Virus record (IMG/VR): IMGVR_UViG_3300020123_000124
Span: 1 to 50,470 of that record
Length of the DNA stretch: 50,470 bases
Direction: 5' to 3' (one strand)
DNA from: a virus
Taxonomy: Duplodnaviria; Caudoviricetes
Part shown: piece after piece, positions 25,659 to 34,988 of the stretch
Layout of the letters: each line of letters begins with the position of its first letter
How positions within the stretch are numbered: position 1 is the stretch's first letter
Program-made: the position numbers and the translations under genes
Notes under the pieces: model-generated
What the model saw: only the letters and a program-made list of their open reading frames with translations
What the model was told of the DNA's origin: nothing
Databases searched by the model: none

Positions 25659-25993
25659 ACGGCACTGAGCTTTTCAAGAAGGCAGAGAAAGCAGCCTATA
25701 CCTATAAATCAGTGTATGGCACGTTTCCCGATAAGATAGGTATTCACCATCGGCAGTTGGAATTATTACCATTATATATCAGGTTTCCTCTTCTGCCTCA
25801 GGTAAACATATGCTCTAAAACTGAAATGGAAGACATAGGAAGTTACATGATAGAGGTACATGAGACAAAATTTGAACCAGTCATAGGGCATGATATTCAT
25901 ATGGATGAAGTGTATTTTCAAATGCCAGGAACCCGCTCGAATAGAACTATGAGCAGCGAGCTTGTAGCGAAAATGGCAAAGGAGTTTGAGTAA
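25655..25993 (+). CDS. Hypothetical protein (AT-rich)
   Basis: ATGA coupling. Confidence 0.65.
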   Translation: MNGTELFKKAEKAAYTYKSVYGTFPDKIGIHHRQLELLPLYIRFPLLPQVNICSKTEMEDIGSYMIEVHETKFEPVIGHDIHMDEVYFQMPGTRSNRTMSSELVAKMAKEFE

Positions 25994-26269
25994 ATGACAG
26001 AAGAAAACGGATCCGTTGCATTACAGACAGAACAGCCACCACAGCCTGCACCTGGGCAAGTGGGCTTGAACATGCAGATCAACCCGCAAGGCGTGGTACT
26101 CTCGTTTCCCGTCAATCTCGGCATTGACAACGAGACGATGAAGCAACTCATAAAAGCCTACCTGCAAGCACATCCCGAACTCATGCAAGAGATCGCGAGG
26201 GAAGCACTGGCACAGAAACAACAAGAGTGGAACATTTTACAGATGGTGAAACAGAGTCGGACGGATTGA
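25994..26269 (+). CDS. Hypothetical protein
   Basis: SD AAGGAG. Confidence 0.7.
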   Translation: MTEENGSVALQTEQPPQPAPGQVGLNMQINPQGVVLSFPVNLGIDNETMKQLIKAYLQAHPELMQEIAREALAQKQQEWNILQMVKQSRTD

Positions 26270-26278
26270 GGTGAAGCC

Positions 26279-26467
26279 ATGAGCGGACATGACGGTGATC
26301 TTGGTGATGGGTATACCGTCGCCATGCATTACTCTAATGTCGAGATCGAAGATGGCAAGGCTGAGTTTGTCGCATTGACACCTGAACAAGCTATCAAACT
26401 TCTTGCATGGCTAGAGCAAGAATATCCGAACTTGCTCCAGCTAATGAGAGGGGAACAAAAGCCATGA
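26279..26467 (+). CDS. Hypothetical protein
   Basis: SD GAGGTGA. Confidence 0.65.
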   Translation: MSGHDGDLGDGYTVAMHYSNVEIEDGKAEFVALTPEQAIKLLAWLEQEYPNLLQLMRGEQKP

Positions 26468-26682
26468 CAGCACAGTCAGGAGAGTATATTGATGAACAGA
26501 CAGGTATACGCCTCACCGTTGAGACGGAGTATCCTTACGACCCTGACTGGCCTCATATCACGGCATACCCGCCTGAACCATGCACACTGACGAGTGAGGA
26601 AATAGAGGAAGCGGTCAAACGCTTAGTACGTCAAGCGGGCTACGATGAAGCTCTCCAAGAGTGGGCAGAAAGGAAGCCATGA
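26464..26682 (+). CDS. Hypothetical protein
   Basis: Start MTAQSGE; ATGA coupling. Confidence 0.65.
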   Translation: MTAQSGEYIDEQTGIRLTVETEYPYDPDWPHITAYPPEPCTLTSEEIEEAVKRLVRQAGYDEALQEWAERKP

Positions 26683-26891
26683 CAGCACAAGAATTAGCAC
26701 AACAAATCCTTGAGATCGCGCACAAAGCCACTGAGCAGGAGGCCATACACAACATCGTCTACATCGGGGATGTGTGCCATGCCCAACTCGGCCTTGATGC
26801 CATTGTGAAGCTCTGCCAGGAAGTCCCCAAAGATCAAGAGGCATTCAAGCAGTATGAGAAGAAGGTGAGCCATGCGACTAGCAAAGATTGA
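26679..26891 (+). CDS. Hypothetical protein
   Basis: Start MTAQELA; ATGA coupling. Confidence 0.65.
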   Translation: MTAQELAQQILEIAHKATEQEAIHNIVYIGDVCHAQLGLDAIVKLCQEVPKDQEAFKQYEKKVSHATSKD

Positions 26892-28383
26892 ACGCAAAAC
26901 GGAATATTTTCCTATCCTGAACGGGGAAATCAAGGCTGTGAGTGATAAGGGAATCATTGAAGGCTATCTGAACTATATCGGGAATATTGACTATGGCGAT
27001 GATAGGACGATGCCAGGCGCGTTTAAAAAGACGCTAGCGGATAGCTATGCGAGAAAAGCTGCACAGGGGCTTGACTTCCTGTACCCGTACCTCTGGAATC
27101 ACGACTACAGCATACCCCCTGCGGGCGGTATTTTTGAGGCAGACGAAGATCGTCGTGGCTTGCACGTGAAGGTTCAGATGAATATGGATACGGAACTTGG
27201 AAGGAATCTCTATTCAAGTTTTCGTTCAGGTTTTCTCAAGAAGCAATCGATGGGCTACCGTGCAGTAGTCGTTGATTGGGTCAAGGAGAGTGGGAAATCC
27301 ATTCGCAACTTGATCGAGGTCGCCGTCATGGAAGGCTCGGCGGTCGTCTTCCCGATGAATGATATGGCTCAGGTTGATACCGTCAAACGTTTCTGGCAAG
27401 GCTACAGCGCGAAAGGTAGCGCATCGGGCAAGACATCCTGGCCGTTAGCAGAGCGCGGCGTGTCCTGGGATGGCGGACAAGCTCGTAAAGATATCCAGGC
27501 ATGGGCTAGTGATAGTTCTGGAAATGTCGATTGGTCAAAGGCCGCGCAGTGCTTCTTCTGGGTCGAGAAAAGCCCACCCGAAAATCTCAGTCAGTGTAAA
27601 ATGCCCTTTGTGGCCAAATCGGGCGGCTCCATGAAGGCCATACCGCAAGGCATTATCGCTGCTGCTGGCTCCGTCTCAGGAGCGCGTGGCGGCGCGAACA
27701 TCGATGATGTGGATGGGGTCAAATCAAAAATAGCCAGCTACTACCGTAAAATGAAGATGACCCCACCGTGGGAGAAAGGGAATGTGATGGACATTCATTC
27801 AAAAGACTACGCCGAAAGCTATATGCAGGTTAATCAACAGGACTGGGTATCTGACCTGTGGAACCTGTGGTATCCACTCCGCAACGAAATACTGACGGCA
27901 TTCCAGACAGGCGACACCATCGAGGATGATGTGCAGCAGGCACTCGCACAGTTCGCACCGGCTGTGCTCGCCTATGTGCAGAAGGGCATCGAGTTGGATA
28001 TGATGGAATGCTTGCAGCCATCTGGCGATAGTTCCATGCCGATGATGATGTCATCTGACGACAACCCTGAGACGAAGCTTTACCTGATCTCTCCTGAGAC
28101 GAAGGCAGGCCGCGTGATCTCAGCCGCCAATCACGCCAAACTCAAGGCGGCGGCGAATGGTATCCAGGAGCATGTTGCTACCATTCATGGTGTGCTCAAG
28201 CAAGCATCATCGATCTCTGAAGGGCAGAACAGGCTTTCAGGCTATCAAGTCTACTCAGGCAATGAACCACCTGAGCAGAAAGACGAAGAAGAGCAGAAAG
28301 AAGAGGTTGTCGAGGATATCCATAGCGTATTGCATGACTTGACGTTATTGCTGGCTGCTGACAATGCGAACCGAGCCTTGTAA
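26872..28383 (+). CDS. HK97-family prohead protease with extra domains
   Basis: GIIEGY..D...PGAF..LWNHD..SMGY..EGSAVVFPMN; C-terminal KAGRVISAAN scaffold-like segment. Confidence 0.9.
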   Translation: MRLAKIERKTEYFPILNGEIKAVSDKGIIEGYLNYIGNIDYGDDRTMPGAFKKTLADSYARKAAQGLDFLYPYLWNHDYSIPPAGGIFEADEDRRGLHVKVQMNMDTELGRNLYSSFRSGFLKKQSMGYRAVVVDWVKESGKSIRNLIEVAVMEGSAVVFPMNDMAQVDTVKRFWQGYSAKGSASGKTSWPLAERGVSWDGGQARKDIQAWASDSSGNVDWSKAAQCFFWVEKSPPENLSQCKMPFVAKSGGSMKAIPQGIIAAAGSVSGARGGANIDDVDGVKSKIASYYRKMKMTPPWEKGNVMDIHSKDYAESYMQVNQQDWVSDLWNLWYPLRNEILTAFQTGDTIEDDVQQALAQFAPAVLAYVQKGIELDMMECLQPSGDSSMPMMMSSDDNPETKLYLISPETKAGRVISAANHAKLKAAANGIQEHVATIHGVLKQASSISEGQNRLSGYQVYSGNEPPEQKDEEEQKEEVVEDIHSVLHDLTLLLAADNANRAL

Positions 28384-28608
28384 CTAAAAGTGTGGAAAAA
28401 GTCTTTGGGCTACTGCTTCCCCAAAGACTTCACCGACAATGCCAATAAAGCTATCTTTTTCACCTTGCTCTATGGTCGCTAGAGGAATGATGATCTTTCT
28501 GCGACATGCCTTGCAGTAGACTGTGTAATCCGATGATGCCATGAGATACACTTCAACTGTGATCTCAGGATGAGGGCATGGGTCAATTGCTATAATCTCT
28601 GTATTCAT
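28384..28608 (-). CDS. Antisense moron, small Zn-binding protein, probably leaderless
   Basis: CPH..CKAC; TGCTATACT ends 6 nt before ATG. Confidence 0.6.
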   Translation of the reverse strand: MNTEIIAIDPCPHPEITVEVYLMASSDYTVYCKACRRKIIIPLATIEQGEKDSFIGIVGEVFGEAVAQRLFPHF

Positions 28609-28614
28609 TTCACA

Positions 28615-28637
28615 AGTATAGCAGGATATGCTATACT
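28615..28637. promoter_or_regulatory. Back-to-back extended -10 promoters
   Basis: Inverted repeat AGTATAGCA-GGATA-TGCTATACT. Confidence 0.7.
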
Positions 28638-28643
28638 ACGAAT

Positions 28644-28829
28644 AACAAAGTATCAACAGGCGCGGTCAGTCGCCCTGTATCCATACAGAATGAAACCCCG
28701 ATGGGCGCGGTATGTCCGCCCCACCGAGCAGCATACAACTGAATAACGCTGTGAAGCGCTGATATTGAATCTACCTTCGAAGCGTGGATGAAACACCAAA
28801 TTTCAACCATGAACGGAGGTAGATTTTTT
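28644..28829 (+). promoter_or_regulatory. Structured 5' leader of the major capsid gene
   Basis: Two related GGCGCGGT..CGCCC hairpins; 12-bp anti-SD stem 28768-28779/28814-28825. Confidence 0.6.
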
Positions 28830-30146
28830 ATGAACGAGGAAGTAAAAGAGCTTGTAGAGCAAATTCACAAGCTGAACAAGCACCTCGACGAACGTGTCAA
28901 AACCATTGAAGAGCGGCAATCCAAGACCGAAACCAGGATCAGCCAGGGCGGACCTGTTGCTGCTGAAGCACGCGCTGAACTGAACAAGATCAACGACGCG
29001 ATCAGCAATGAGATTAAGGAATACCGCAAACTGGTCTTAGAGCAAAAAGAAGCCATGCTTGCCATGCAGCGCCCGCCTCCCACCAACGGCTATCGTGGGT
29101 CATCCGCCAGTTCGTACAAGCCACTTGCCACTAAAGCCCTTGAGAAATGGATTAGGAAGGGCGGCGATGTGCAAGCCCTCACGATGGAAGAGCGCGGCTA
29201 CATCGACTTCAACCACATGAATTGGGATCAGTATACCCCTGAGCAAAAGGTGATGGTATCAGCCGCCGCCGATTTAGGCGGCTTCTTTGCTGGCACCGAC
29301 CTCTCAGATAAGTTCATTCAAAAGCTGTTCCTGATCTCCCCACTTCGCGCGTATGCCGATACGCAGACCATCGGCGGCGAGAAACTCTTGATACCGAGTG
29401 AGGGCGCGACCGATACCAACATCTTCTGGTCGGACGAGCAAACAGGCTATCAGGCATCGCCTGACCCGAACCTCGGCATGATCGAGATATTCGCGCGTGA
29501 GTTGAACGGCTACTTGAAAATCTCCAGGCAGAACTTAGAAGACTCGGTATTCGATGTCGAGGGCTATATCCTCAAGCGTCTCACTCGTCAATTCGCGCAA
29601 AAGGAAGGCACCGCGTTTATCAACGGCAACGGTGTAGCACGTCCTGAAGGCATCCTGACGGTAGCGGCGCTTGCCTCTTACGGCGGCATGAACGGCCTGC
29701 TCGGAACGAGTGCTTCACACTTGCTCCTGCCCTCAGACCTGATCTCGCTCATGCACGTCGGCAAATCAGGTTACCGTGCGACAGGTACCTGGCTCATGAG
29801 CAACTCGACCATCGGTATCTGTCGGCTGTTTGCGGATACCACAACTCGCCCATTGTGGACGGTCTTCGGTGACGAGTTCCGCGAAACCCTCTTCGGTCGC
29901 CCCATCGTCGAAATGCCCGACATGCCCAACCAGAGCGGAACATTCCCCGCCTTCAGTGCTGGCCAGTTCCCGGTCATCTTCGGTGATATCGGGCAAGGCT
30001 ACCAGATCGTTGATCGTGTGGGACTGACGTTCCAAACCCTCAAAGAACTGTACGCCATTCAAAATCAGGTGGCCTTCTTAGCGCGTCAACGTGTGGGGGG
30101 CAAGGTCGTACTCCCTGAAGCGATTTCCGTCCTGAAGATGATCTAG
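28830..30146 (+). CDS. Major capsid protein, HK97 family with N-terminal delta domain
   Basis: SD GGAGGT with ATG 28830; GG..A..L..ISRQNLEDS..E..AFINGNG...PEGIL..L.GRPIV..FGD..Y.IVDR. Confidence 0.95.
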   Translation: MNEEVKELVEQIHKLNKHLDERVKTIEERQSKTETRISQGGPVAAEARAELNKINDAISNEIKEYRKLVLEQKEAMLAMQRPPPTNGYRGSSASSYKPLATKALEKWIRKGGDVQALTMEERGYIDFNHMNWDQYTPEQKVMVSAAADLGGFFAGTDLSDKFIQKLFLISPLRAYADTQTIGGEKLLIPSEGATDTNIFWSDEQTGYQASPDPNLGMIEIFARELNGYLKISRQNLEDSVFDVEGYILKRLTRQFAQKEGTAFINGNGVARPEGILTVAALASYGGMNGLLGTSASHLLLPSDLISLMHVGKSGYRATGTWLMSNSTIGICRLFADTTTRPLWTVFGDEFRETLFGRPIVEMPDMPNQSGTFPAFSAGQFPVIFGDIGQGYQIVDRVGLTFQTLKELYAIQNQVAFLARQRVGGKVVLPEAISVLKMI

Positions 30147-30149
30147 GCC

Positions 30150-30437
30150 ATGAGCAAGAGAGGAAAGAAACCCATGTTAGATGCATATGGGCTGCCAGTC
30201 GAAGAGGCAGCAGTTGAGCCAGAAGCGGCACCGGAAGAGGAAGTCAAGGTTGAGAAAGTCGTGGTCTTGCCCGGCAATTGCGACGGCGAACTGGTGATGC
30301 TGCCCGATGTCGAGGGCGTCACCTATCACGAGTACACCTGCAAGGTGTGCGGGCAATTGGTGCATGTCGGGCTGGAAGACCTTGAGCAGAACGGACTCCC
30401 GCCACAACATCACAAACTTGAGGAGGAGGTCAAATAG
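30150..30437 (+). CDS. Hypothetical acidic protein with CxxC
   Basis: Follows capsid gene. Confidence 0.65.
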   Translation: MSKRGKKPMLDAYGLPVEEAAVEPEAAPEEEVKVEKVVVLPGNCDGELVMLPDVEGVTYHEYTCKVCGQLVHVGLEDLEQNGLPPQHHKLEEEVK

Positions 30438-30878
30438 ATGAGCTTTATTGGGCCTGTTGGGAAAAACCCGTCTAGGTACTTCTGGACGATACAACTGTCT
30501 GTGCCTGCGGTCTACAAGACGGCACAGACCACCGTCGTTGACCGCTACCGCAACGGTGGCTATGCCGCGCTCACGCTTGAGTTATGCCCTGGTGCCTGGA
30601 CTGACGGCTCGCACGCCTTCGCGATTAACGACTCGGATGATAACTCAACCTGGGTAGCGGTCGTTGCGAATGACCTGATGCCGAACCCGGAAGTAGGCGT
30701 GTATGGCACAGCAACCTCATTCGTGAGCATCACGGCCGCCACAACTACGGTGCAACGTATCGACTACATCGGGCGCAGACGCTACGTGCAGATCGTGACG
30801 ACCGAGACAGGGGCAACGGGCGCCGCCTACGCGCTCTTAGCACACCTGTTCGCGCCGATGGTCTTACCGGCTGCATAA
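30438..30878 (+). CDS. Putative capsid decoration (jelly-roll) protein
   Basis: SD GGAGG; DSDDNSTW and YIGRRRYV motifs; position. Confidence 0.6.
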   Translation: MSFIGPVGKNPSRYFWTIQLSVPAVYKTAQTTVVDRYRNGGYAALTLELCPGAWTDGSHAFAINDSDDNSTWVAVVANDLMPNPEVGVYGTATSFVSITAATTTVQRIDYIGRRRYVQIVTTETGATGAAYALLAHLFAPMVLPAA

Positions 30879-30897
30879 GAAGCAAGAGGCGCAGCAC

Positions 30898-31107
30898 ATG
30901 GAAGTAGAACAGAAGTTTCTCGTATGGAAATTAGCAGACCTTGACACATTTCTGAATGACGAGGAAAAAGCCTTTCTCTTCCGACTTCAGCATAAAATTC
31001 GCGTGCTGAGGGCTACACAAGGAAAGTCGATGAATAGCTACATCGTCATCAACCAGGATGAGCCGTACTTTCCCGATATCCTGAATCTGATGGAAAAGGC
31101 GAACTAG
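30898..31107 (+). CDS. Conserved phage hypothetical protein
   Basis: KFLV.K..D..NSYIVINQDEPY. Confidence 0.65.
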   Translation: MEVEQKFLVWKLADLDTFLNDEEKAFLFRLQHKIRVLRATQGKSMNSYIVINQDEPYFPDILNLMEKAN

Positions 31108-31119
31108 GAAGGGTGAGAT

Positions 31120-31311
31120 ATGACGATACAAGCGGCAGAACTTACCGCCAAGATCAATTTTGAGATGACGGACACGAGTAAGGACATACTCAGGAATGAG
31201 ATGCTCAAAATCCTGAGTGAACCTACTGTGCTGCAAGAACTCTTGAAACTCTTAGTGCAGGAAAGTAGCCGAGTAGAAGGCTCAATGTATGACCGACGCA
31301 CTGAAACTTGA
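31120..31311 (+). CDS. Hypothetical protein
   Basis: 63-aa ORF with SD-like GGTGA. Confidence 0.5.
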   Translation: MTIQAAELTAKINFEMTDTSKDILRNEMLKILSEPTVLQELLKLLVQESSRVEGSMYDRRTET

Positions 31312-31957
31312 TTGGGCTGTCACCGTCCCGCCAACGGTTGAGCCTGTGCAGTTGAGCGATCTCCGTTCAACGTCTACAGGCTCCTACCTGCGTGTGGACT
31401 TTAGCGACGACGACTCGGTGCTGCTGTTCTTGATACAGCAGTGCAGGGCCGACGCCGAGCGCATGACGGGTAAAGCGTTCGCGCCGCAGACCATTCAAGC
31501 CATGTGGACCATGCCTCAACTCTCAGGCAATAGTTTGAGCGCGGATAAGCTCTTGTACGACCAGGACTTTTACCAGTACAACGAGAGTCTAGGGGCCAAC
31601 CCGTACAGCCCCGCGCCATTCATCCTGACTTTACCCATGCCGCCGCTTGTTGCTGTCTCGCTGTTTGAGTATCGCATCAACGCCTTCGCCGCGTGGCAGA
31701 CCTGGCCAGCGACGGTTTCGGGCATTGCCAATTATATCGTTGATACCTTGCCTATTCCTGGGTTGGTGTACCTGCAATACCCGCCGCCTGCCTATCAGTA
31801 TCGACTGACCTATACCTGTGGCTACTCGACGTTACCGCCTGAACTGAAGTTAGCATTGGTGCAATATATTGCCTGGAAGTATGAGAACCGCATCGGCGAG
31901 GACAAGTCCGACGAGCTGCGGCTGATCTTCCTGGGTAGAAAGTCGTGGGTGCTGTAA
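31289..31957 (+). CDS. Head-tail adaptor (gp6/gp15-like)
   Basis: PTVEPV..YLRVD..DDD..AE..TG..LP.ELK.A....I...YENR. Confidence 0.85.
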   Translation: MTDALKLDWAVTVPPTVEPVQLSDLRSTSTGSYLRVDFSDDDSVLLFLIQQCRADAERMTGKAFAPQTIQAMWTMPQLSGNSLSADKLLYDQDFYQYNESLGANPYSPAPFILTLPMPPLVAVSLFEYRINAFAAWQTWPATVSGIANYIVDTLPIPGLVYLQYPPPAYQYRLTYTCGYSTLPPELKLALVQYIAWKYENRIGEDKSDELRLIFLGRKSWVL

Positions 31958-32322
31958 TGCCAAATCTGCCGGGACTTGATCTCTATGGAAATGTCGGGCT
32001 GTACACCTTCAAGCCGGTCAAGGCGGTTGCGATTACAGCCGCCACGCCCGTTGCGGTCTGGACGCCTGCTACCGGCAAACGATTCAGGTTGCTTGGTTTC
32101 TGCCTTGTGCCTACGGTTGCGGCTTCCATCTTGTTTGAAGATGCGACCGGTGGGAGCAATGAGTTTCTGCGCTTTCCACTGACAGCGGCTGTGCCTACCA
32201 ACCAAATGCCGGTGAGTTTAGGGCTGCTTGGCTATCTGTCAACGGCCATCAACAACGCGCTCTTTCTAGATGTCACCTCGACAGCCACGATTTCGGGCTA
32301 TGTCTACGGAACGGAGGAGTGA
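31957..32322 (+). CDS. Hypothetical virion-associated beta protein
   Basis: TAATG coupling; beta-rich. Confidence 0.6.
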   Translation: MPNLPGLDLYGNVGLYTFKPVKAVAITAATPVAVWTPATGKRFRLLGFCLVPTVAASILFEDATGGSNEFLRFPLTAAVPTNQMPVSLGLLGYLSTAINNALFLDVTSTATISGYVYGTEE

Positions 32323-32325
32323 TTC

Positions 32326-32712
32326 ATGCCTGGAATAGCAAGTCGCAAAATCGTCGAGAGCCATGCATCGGGCCGTAAGGCCATCGTGCATATCCAACAA
32401 CTCACCGGCGGCAATACGACGCAAGGCGTCACCGATAGCGGCATCTGGGCAGATGTGCCAGGGCTATCAAACGTGCCAGGCACCTTCAAAACATGGAGTC
32501 CCTATGAGAAATTGCAGGCGGGGCAGGACTTCCAGGGCGTCGGGAGTCGCTTCTACATGCGTTGGCGTAAAGGCGTGAACATCCGTTCAAACATGCGCAT
32601 GGTGTACGGGAACCATATCTACCGTATCACGGAAGCCAGCAACTATGACGAGGCGAACACCGATATTGTGCTGTACCTGCAAGAATGGCAGCCCACGGGA
32701 ACGGTGAGGTGA
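32326..32712 (+). CDS. Head closure/stopper protein (SPP1 gp16-like)
   Basis: MRWRKGVNIRSNMRMVYGNHIYRI; position. Confidence 0.8.
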   Translation: MPGIASRKIVESHASGRKAIVHIQQLTGGNTTQGVTDSGIWADVPGLSNVPGTFKTWSPYEKLQAGQDFQGVGSRFYMRWRKGVNIRSNMRMVYGNHIYRITEASNYDEANTDIVLYLQEWQPTGTVR

Positions 32713-32715
32713 GAC

Positions 32716-33165
32716 ATGGCTGTAGTAGCAAGTTTCAATCACTTTCCACTCATCGCAAGTCGCATCATACCTGCGTGCAAACGGGTGGTACGTACAACGG
32801 CAAAAGATATTCGGGATATGGCCACTCTCAATGCGCCAAGGGATACAGGGTGGTTGGAGTCAGGCATGTATGCAGCCACAGATCAGGGTGTGCAGTATTC
32901 AGGCGCGAAGTTCACAGGCACGGGCTATCAGTTGCAGTCAAAAGAGATGTTCCCGCCCGAATTGCCGAGTAACGAGTTGGAGGCTATCGCGGGCGTCGGG
33001 GCAACCTATGGTATCTACGTCGAGATGGGGACGCGCTTTATGCCAGCGCAACCCTACTTTTACCCGGCTGTTGCGTGGGCAGAGAGCCACTTCATGCAAT
33101 CCCTGGATTTTGAAGGGCTGCTGGCATCGGGCGTGACTGGCTCGATAGGAGTAGCGGCTATATGA
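32716..33165 (+). CDS. HK97 gp10-family tail completion protein
   Basis: APRDTG.L..YGIYVEMGTRFMPAQPYF.PA. Confidence 0.85.
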   Translation: MAVVASFNHFPLIASRIIPACKRVVRTTAKDIRDMATLNAPRDTGWLESGMYAATDQGVQYSGAKFTGTGYQLQSKEMFPPELPSNELEAIAGVGATYGIYVEMGTRFMPAQPYFYPAVAWAESHFMQSLDFEGLLASGVTGSIGVAAI

Positions 33166-33590
33166 GTGAGACCGCACAAGCCTATCAGTGGGTCGCCAGT
33201 ACCATGCAGGCCGATAGCGCACTCATGGCAGTAGCAACAGGTGGCATCTATCGGGAATATGCGCCGCTAGATACGGTGGCGCCATTCGTGATCGTGCAAC
33301 AACAGGTCGCAACCGATGTGCTCACGGTGAACGCCATCAGGCTGTTTGTGCAGATCTTGCTGCAAATCAAAGCCCTTGGACCAAGTGGGATAGGCGGGAA
33401 TTATACGGCGCTTATCACGATTGCTGATCGTATAGATGCGCTTTTCAAATCAGTGCGTGATGTGGGACTAGGTAGCGGAGGCGTGCTCTGCTGCTACCGC
33501 GAGCAGAGTCTGGCCTATTCGGAACTTATCAATGGGCAGCCTTGGAGTCATCTCGGAGGCTTGTATCACATAGAACTACAAGGAGTGTGA
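33162..33590 (+). CDS. Tail terminator (DUF3168-like)
   Basis: GGIY...AP....PFVI; precedes tail tube. Confidence 0.75.
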   Translation: MSETAQAYQWVASTMQADSALMAVATGGIYREYAPLDTVAPFVIVQQQVATDVLTVNAIRLFVQILLQIKALGPSGIGGNYTALITIADRIDALFKSVRDVGLGSGGVLCCYREQSLAYSELINGQPWSHLGGLYHIELQGV

Positions 33591-33594
33591 AATT

Positions 33595-34893
33595 ATGGCC
33601 TGGACAGCCGAACGCTCAACAATCAACCAGACCTTACAATTCGGGCTTGAGACCACCCCAGGCGTCAACGTCCCGGCCAACAAAAGCATCCAGTGCTTTG
33701 CCGTCACCTTTGGGCCAATGGCCGATGTGACCGAGTTTAGTGCCACGGGCCGCAAATACCCGAGTATCCTGATTGAGAATAGCGAGTGGGTCGAGGGGAC
33801 GCTCACCGGCTCGCTTGACTATAACGGCATCGTCTACGCGCTGGCCGGGGTCTGTGGCGCACCCACCATCGGCGCGCATGGCGCGTCAGCCACGGCGAAA
33901 GATTGGCTCTTCGTCCCACCCTTAACCGGGAGTGTGCAGCCCCAAACCTTCACCATTGAGCAAGGTGAAAACAACTCGTTTGGTAACGCCATCTGGAACC
34001 ACAAGGTCAACTACGGCCTGATCAGTGAGTTTGGCTACAAGGGCGACCGCAAATCGGGCTTTAACGTCTCCGGTAAGGTGCTGGCCCAGGCACTGCAACG
34101 CGCCATCACTATGACAGCTTCGCCGACCACGGTCGCCATCCAGCCATCGGCAGGCAAGCACTTCAATATCTACCTGGACTCAACCAGCGCCGCACTCGGC
34201 ACGACGCAACTGTTGAAGTACCTGGATGTTGATTTTGCCTTTACCGGTCTGTATGGGATGTTCTTTCCCTTGAACCGTGCTAATCTTGGATGGGCGGCAC
34301 ACGTCGATCTCAACCCTGGCTGCACGATCAAGATACTGATGGAAGCTGATGCCACCGGTATGACGCCGCTCACCTACCTGCAAGCAGGTACCACGAATTT
34401 CCTGCGCATACAAGGCCAGGGGGCCATCATCGACAATATCCATACGCTCACCTTCGGCGGTGGCGTCACCGGTGGGACGTTCACCCTCTCCTATAAGGGG
34501 TTGACCACTGCGCCAATCACCTATGCCGTTGGCCTGACCGCAGCAACGATAAACACGGCCTTCCAACTGCTCACGACTGTCGGCGCAAACTGTACGGTGA
34601 CAGGTTCAGCAGGCGGGCCATACACCTTTACCTTCTCAGGGCCACTCGCCTCGGATATGTCGCCGGTGACTGTGACGAATGTCAGCCTCTCAGGTGGCAC
34701 ACCGACCGTAACACTCGTCGCCACGGCATACGCCACGTTCCAACATGACATGGCCGTCAAAGTCAGCAAGCCCAACCCGTTCAGCGATAAGGACGGCGTG
34801 TTTGCCGAGGAATGGGAGTTCACCATTGTGGAGGATGCGACCTGGGGCGCCGCGCAGAAGTTCTTGATAACAACGCTTTTAACAGCATTATAG
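33595..34893 (+). CDS. Major tail tube protein with inserted Ig-like domain
   Basis: GLETTPG, FTIEQG motifs; insert TGGTFTLSY.G.TT.PI.Y..V.G..GGPY..TF. Confidence 0.85.
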   Translation: MAWTAERSTINQTLQFGLETTPGVNVPANKSIQCFAVTFGPMADVTEFSATGRKYPSILIENSEWVEGTLTGSLDYNGIVYALAGVCGAPTIGAHGASATAKDWLFVPPLTGSVQPQTFTIEQGENNSFGNAIWNHKVNYGLISEFGYKGDRKSGFNVSGKVLAQALQRAITMTASPTTVAIQPSAGKHFNIYLDSTSAALGTTQLLKYLDVDFAFTGLYGMFFPLNRANLGWAAHVDLNPGCTIKILMEADATGMTPLTYLQAGTTNFLRIQGQGAIIDNIHTLTFGGGVTGGTFTLSYKGLTTAPITYAVGLTAATINTAFQLLTTVGANCTVTGSAGGPYTFTFSGPLASDMSPVTVTNVSLSGGTPTVTLVATAYATFQHDMAVKVSKPNPFSDKDGVFAEEWEFTIVEDATWGAAQKFLITTLLTAL

Positions 34894-34962
34894 CCCTGGC
34901 CGGATTTGAACCGACACCCTACCCGCCTACAGGTGGGTGCTCTACCGTTAAGCTACAGGGCT
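34891..34962 (-). tRNA. tRNA-like element (GUA at anticodon position, aberrant anticodon stem, no CCA)
   Basis: Acceptor AGCCCTG/CAGGGCT; D arm GCTT-AACGGTA-GAGC; T arm GTCGG-TTCAAAT-CCGGC; TGCTATACT promoter 6 nt upstream. Confidence 0.65.
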
Positions 34963-34988
34963 AGAACAAGTATAGCATAGGAGTTTAT

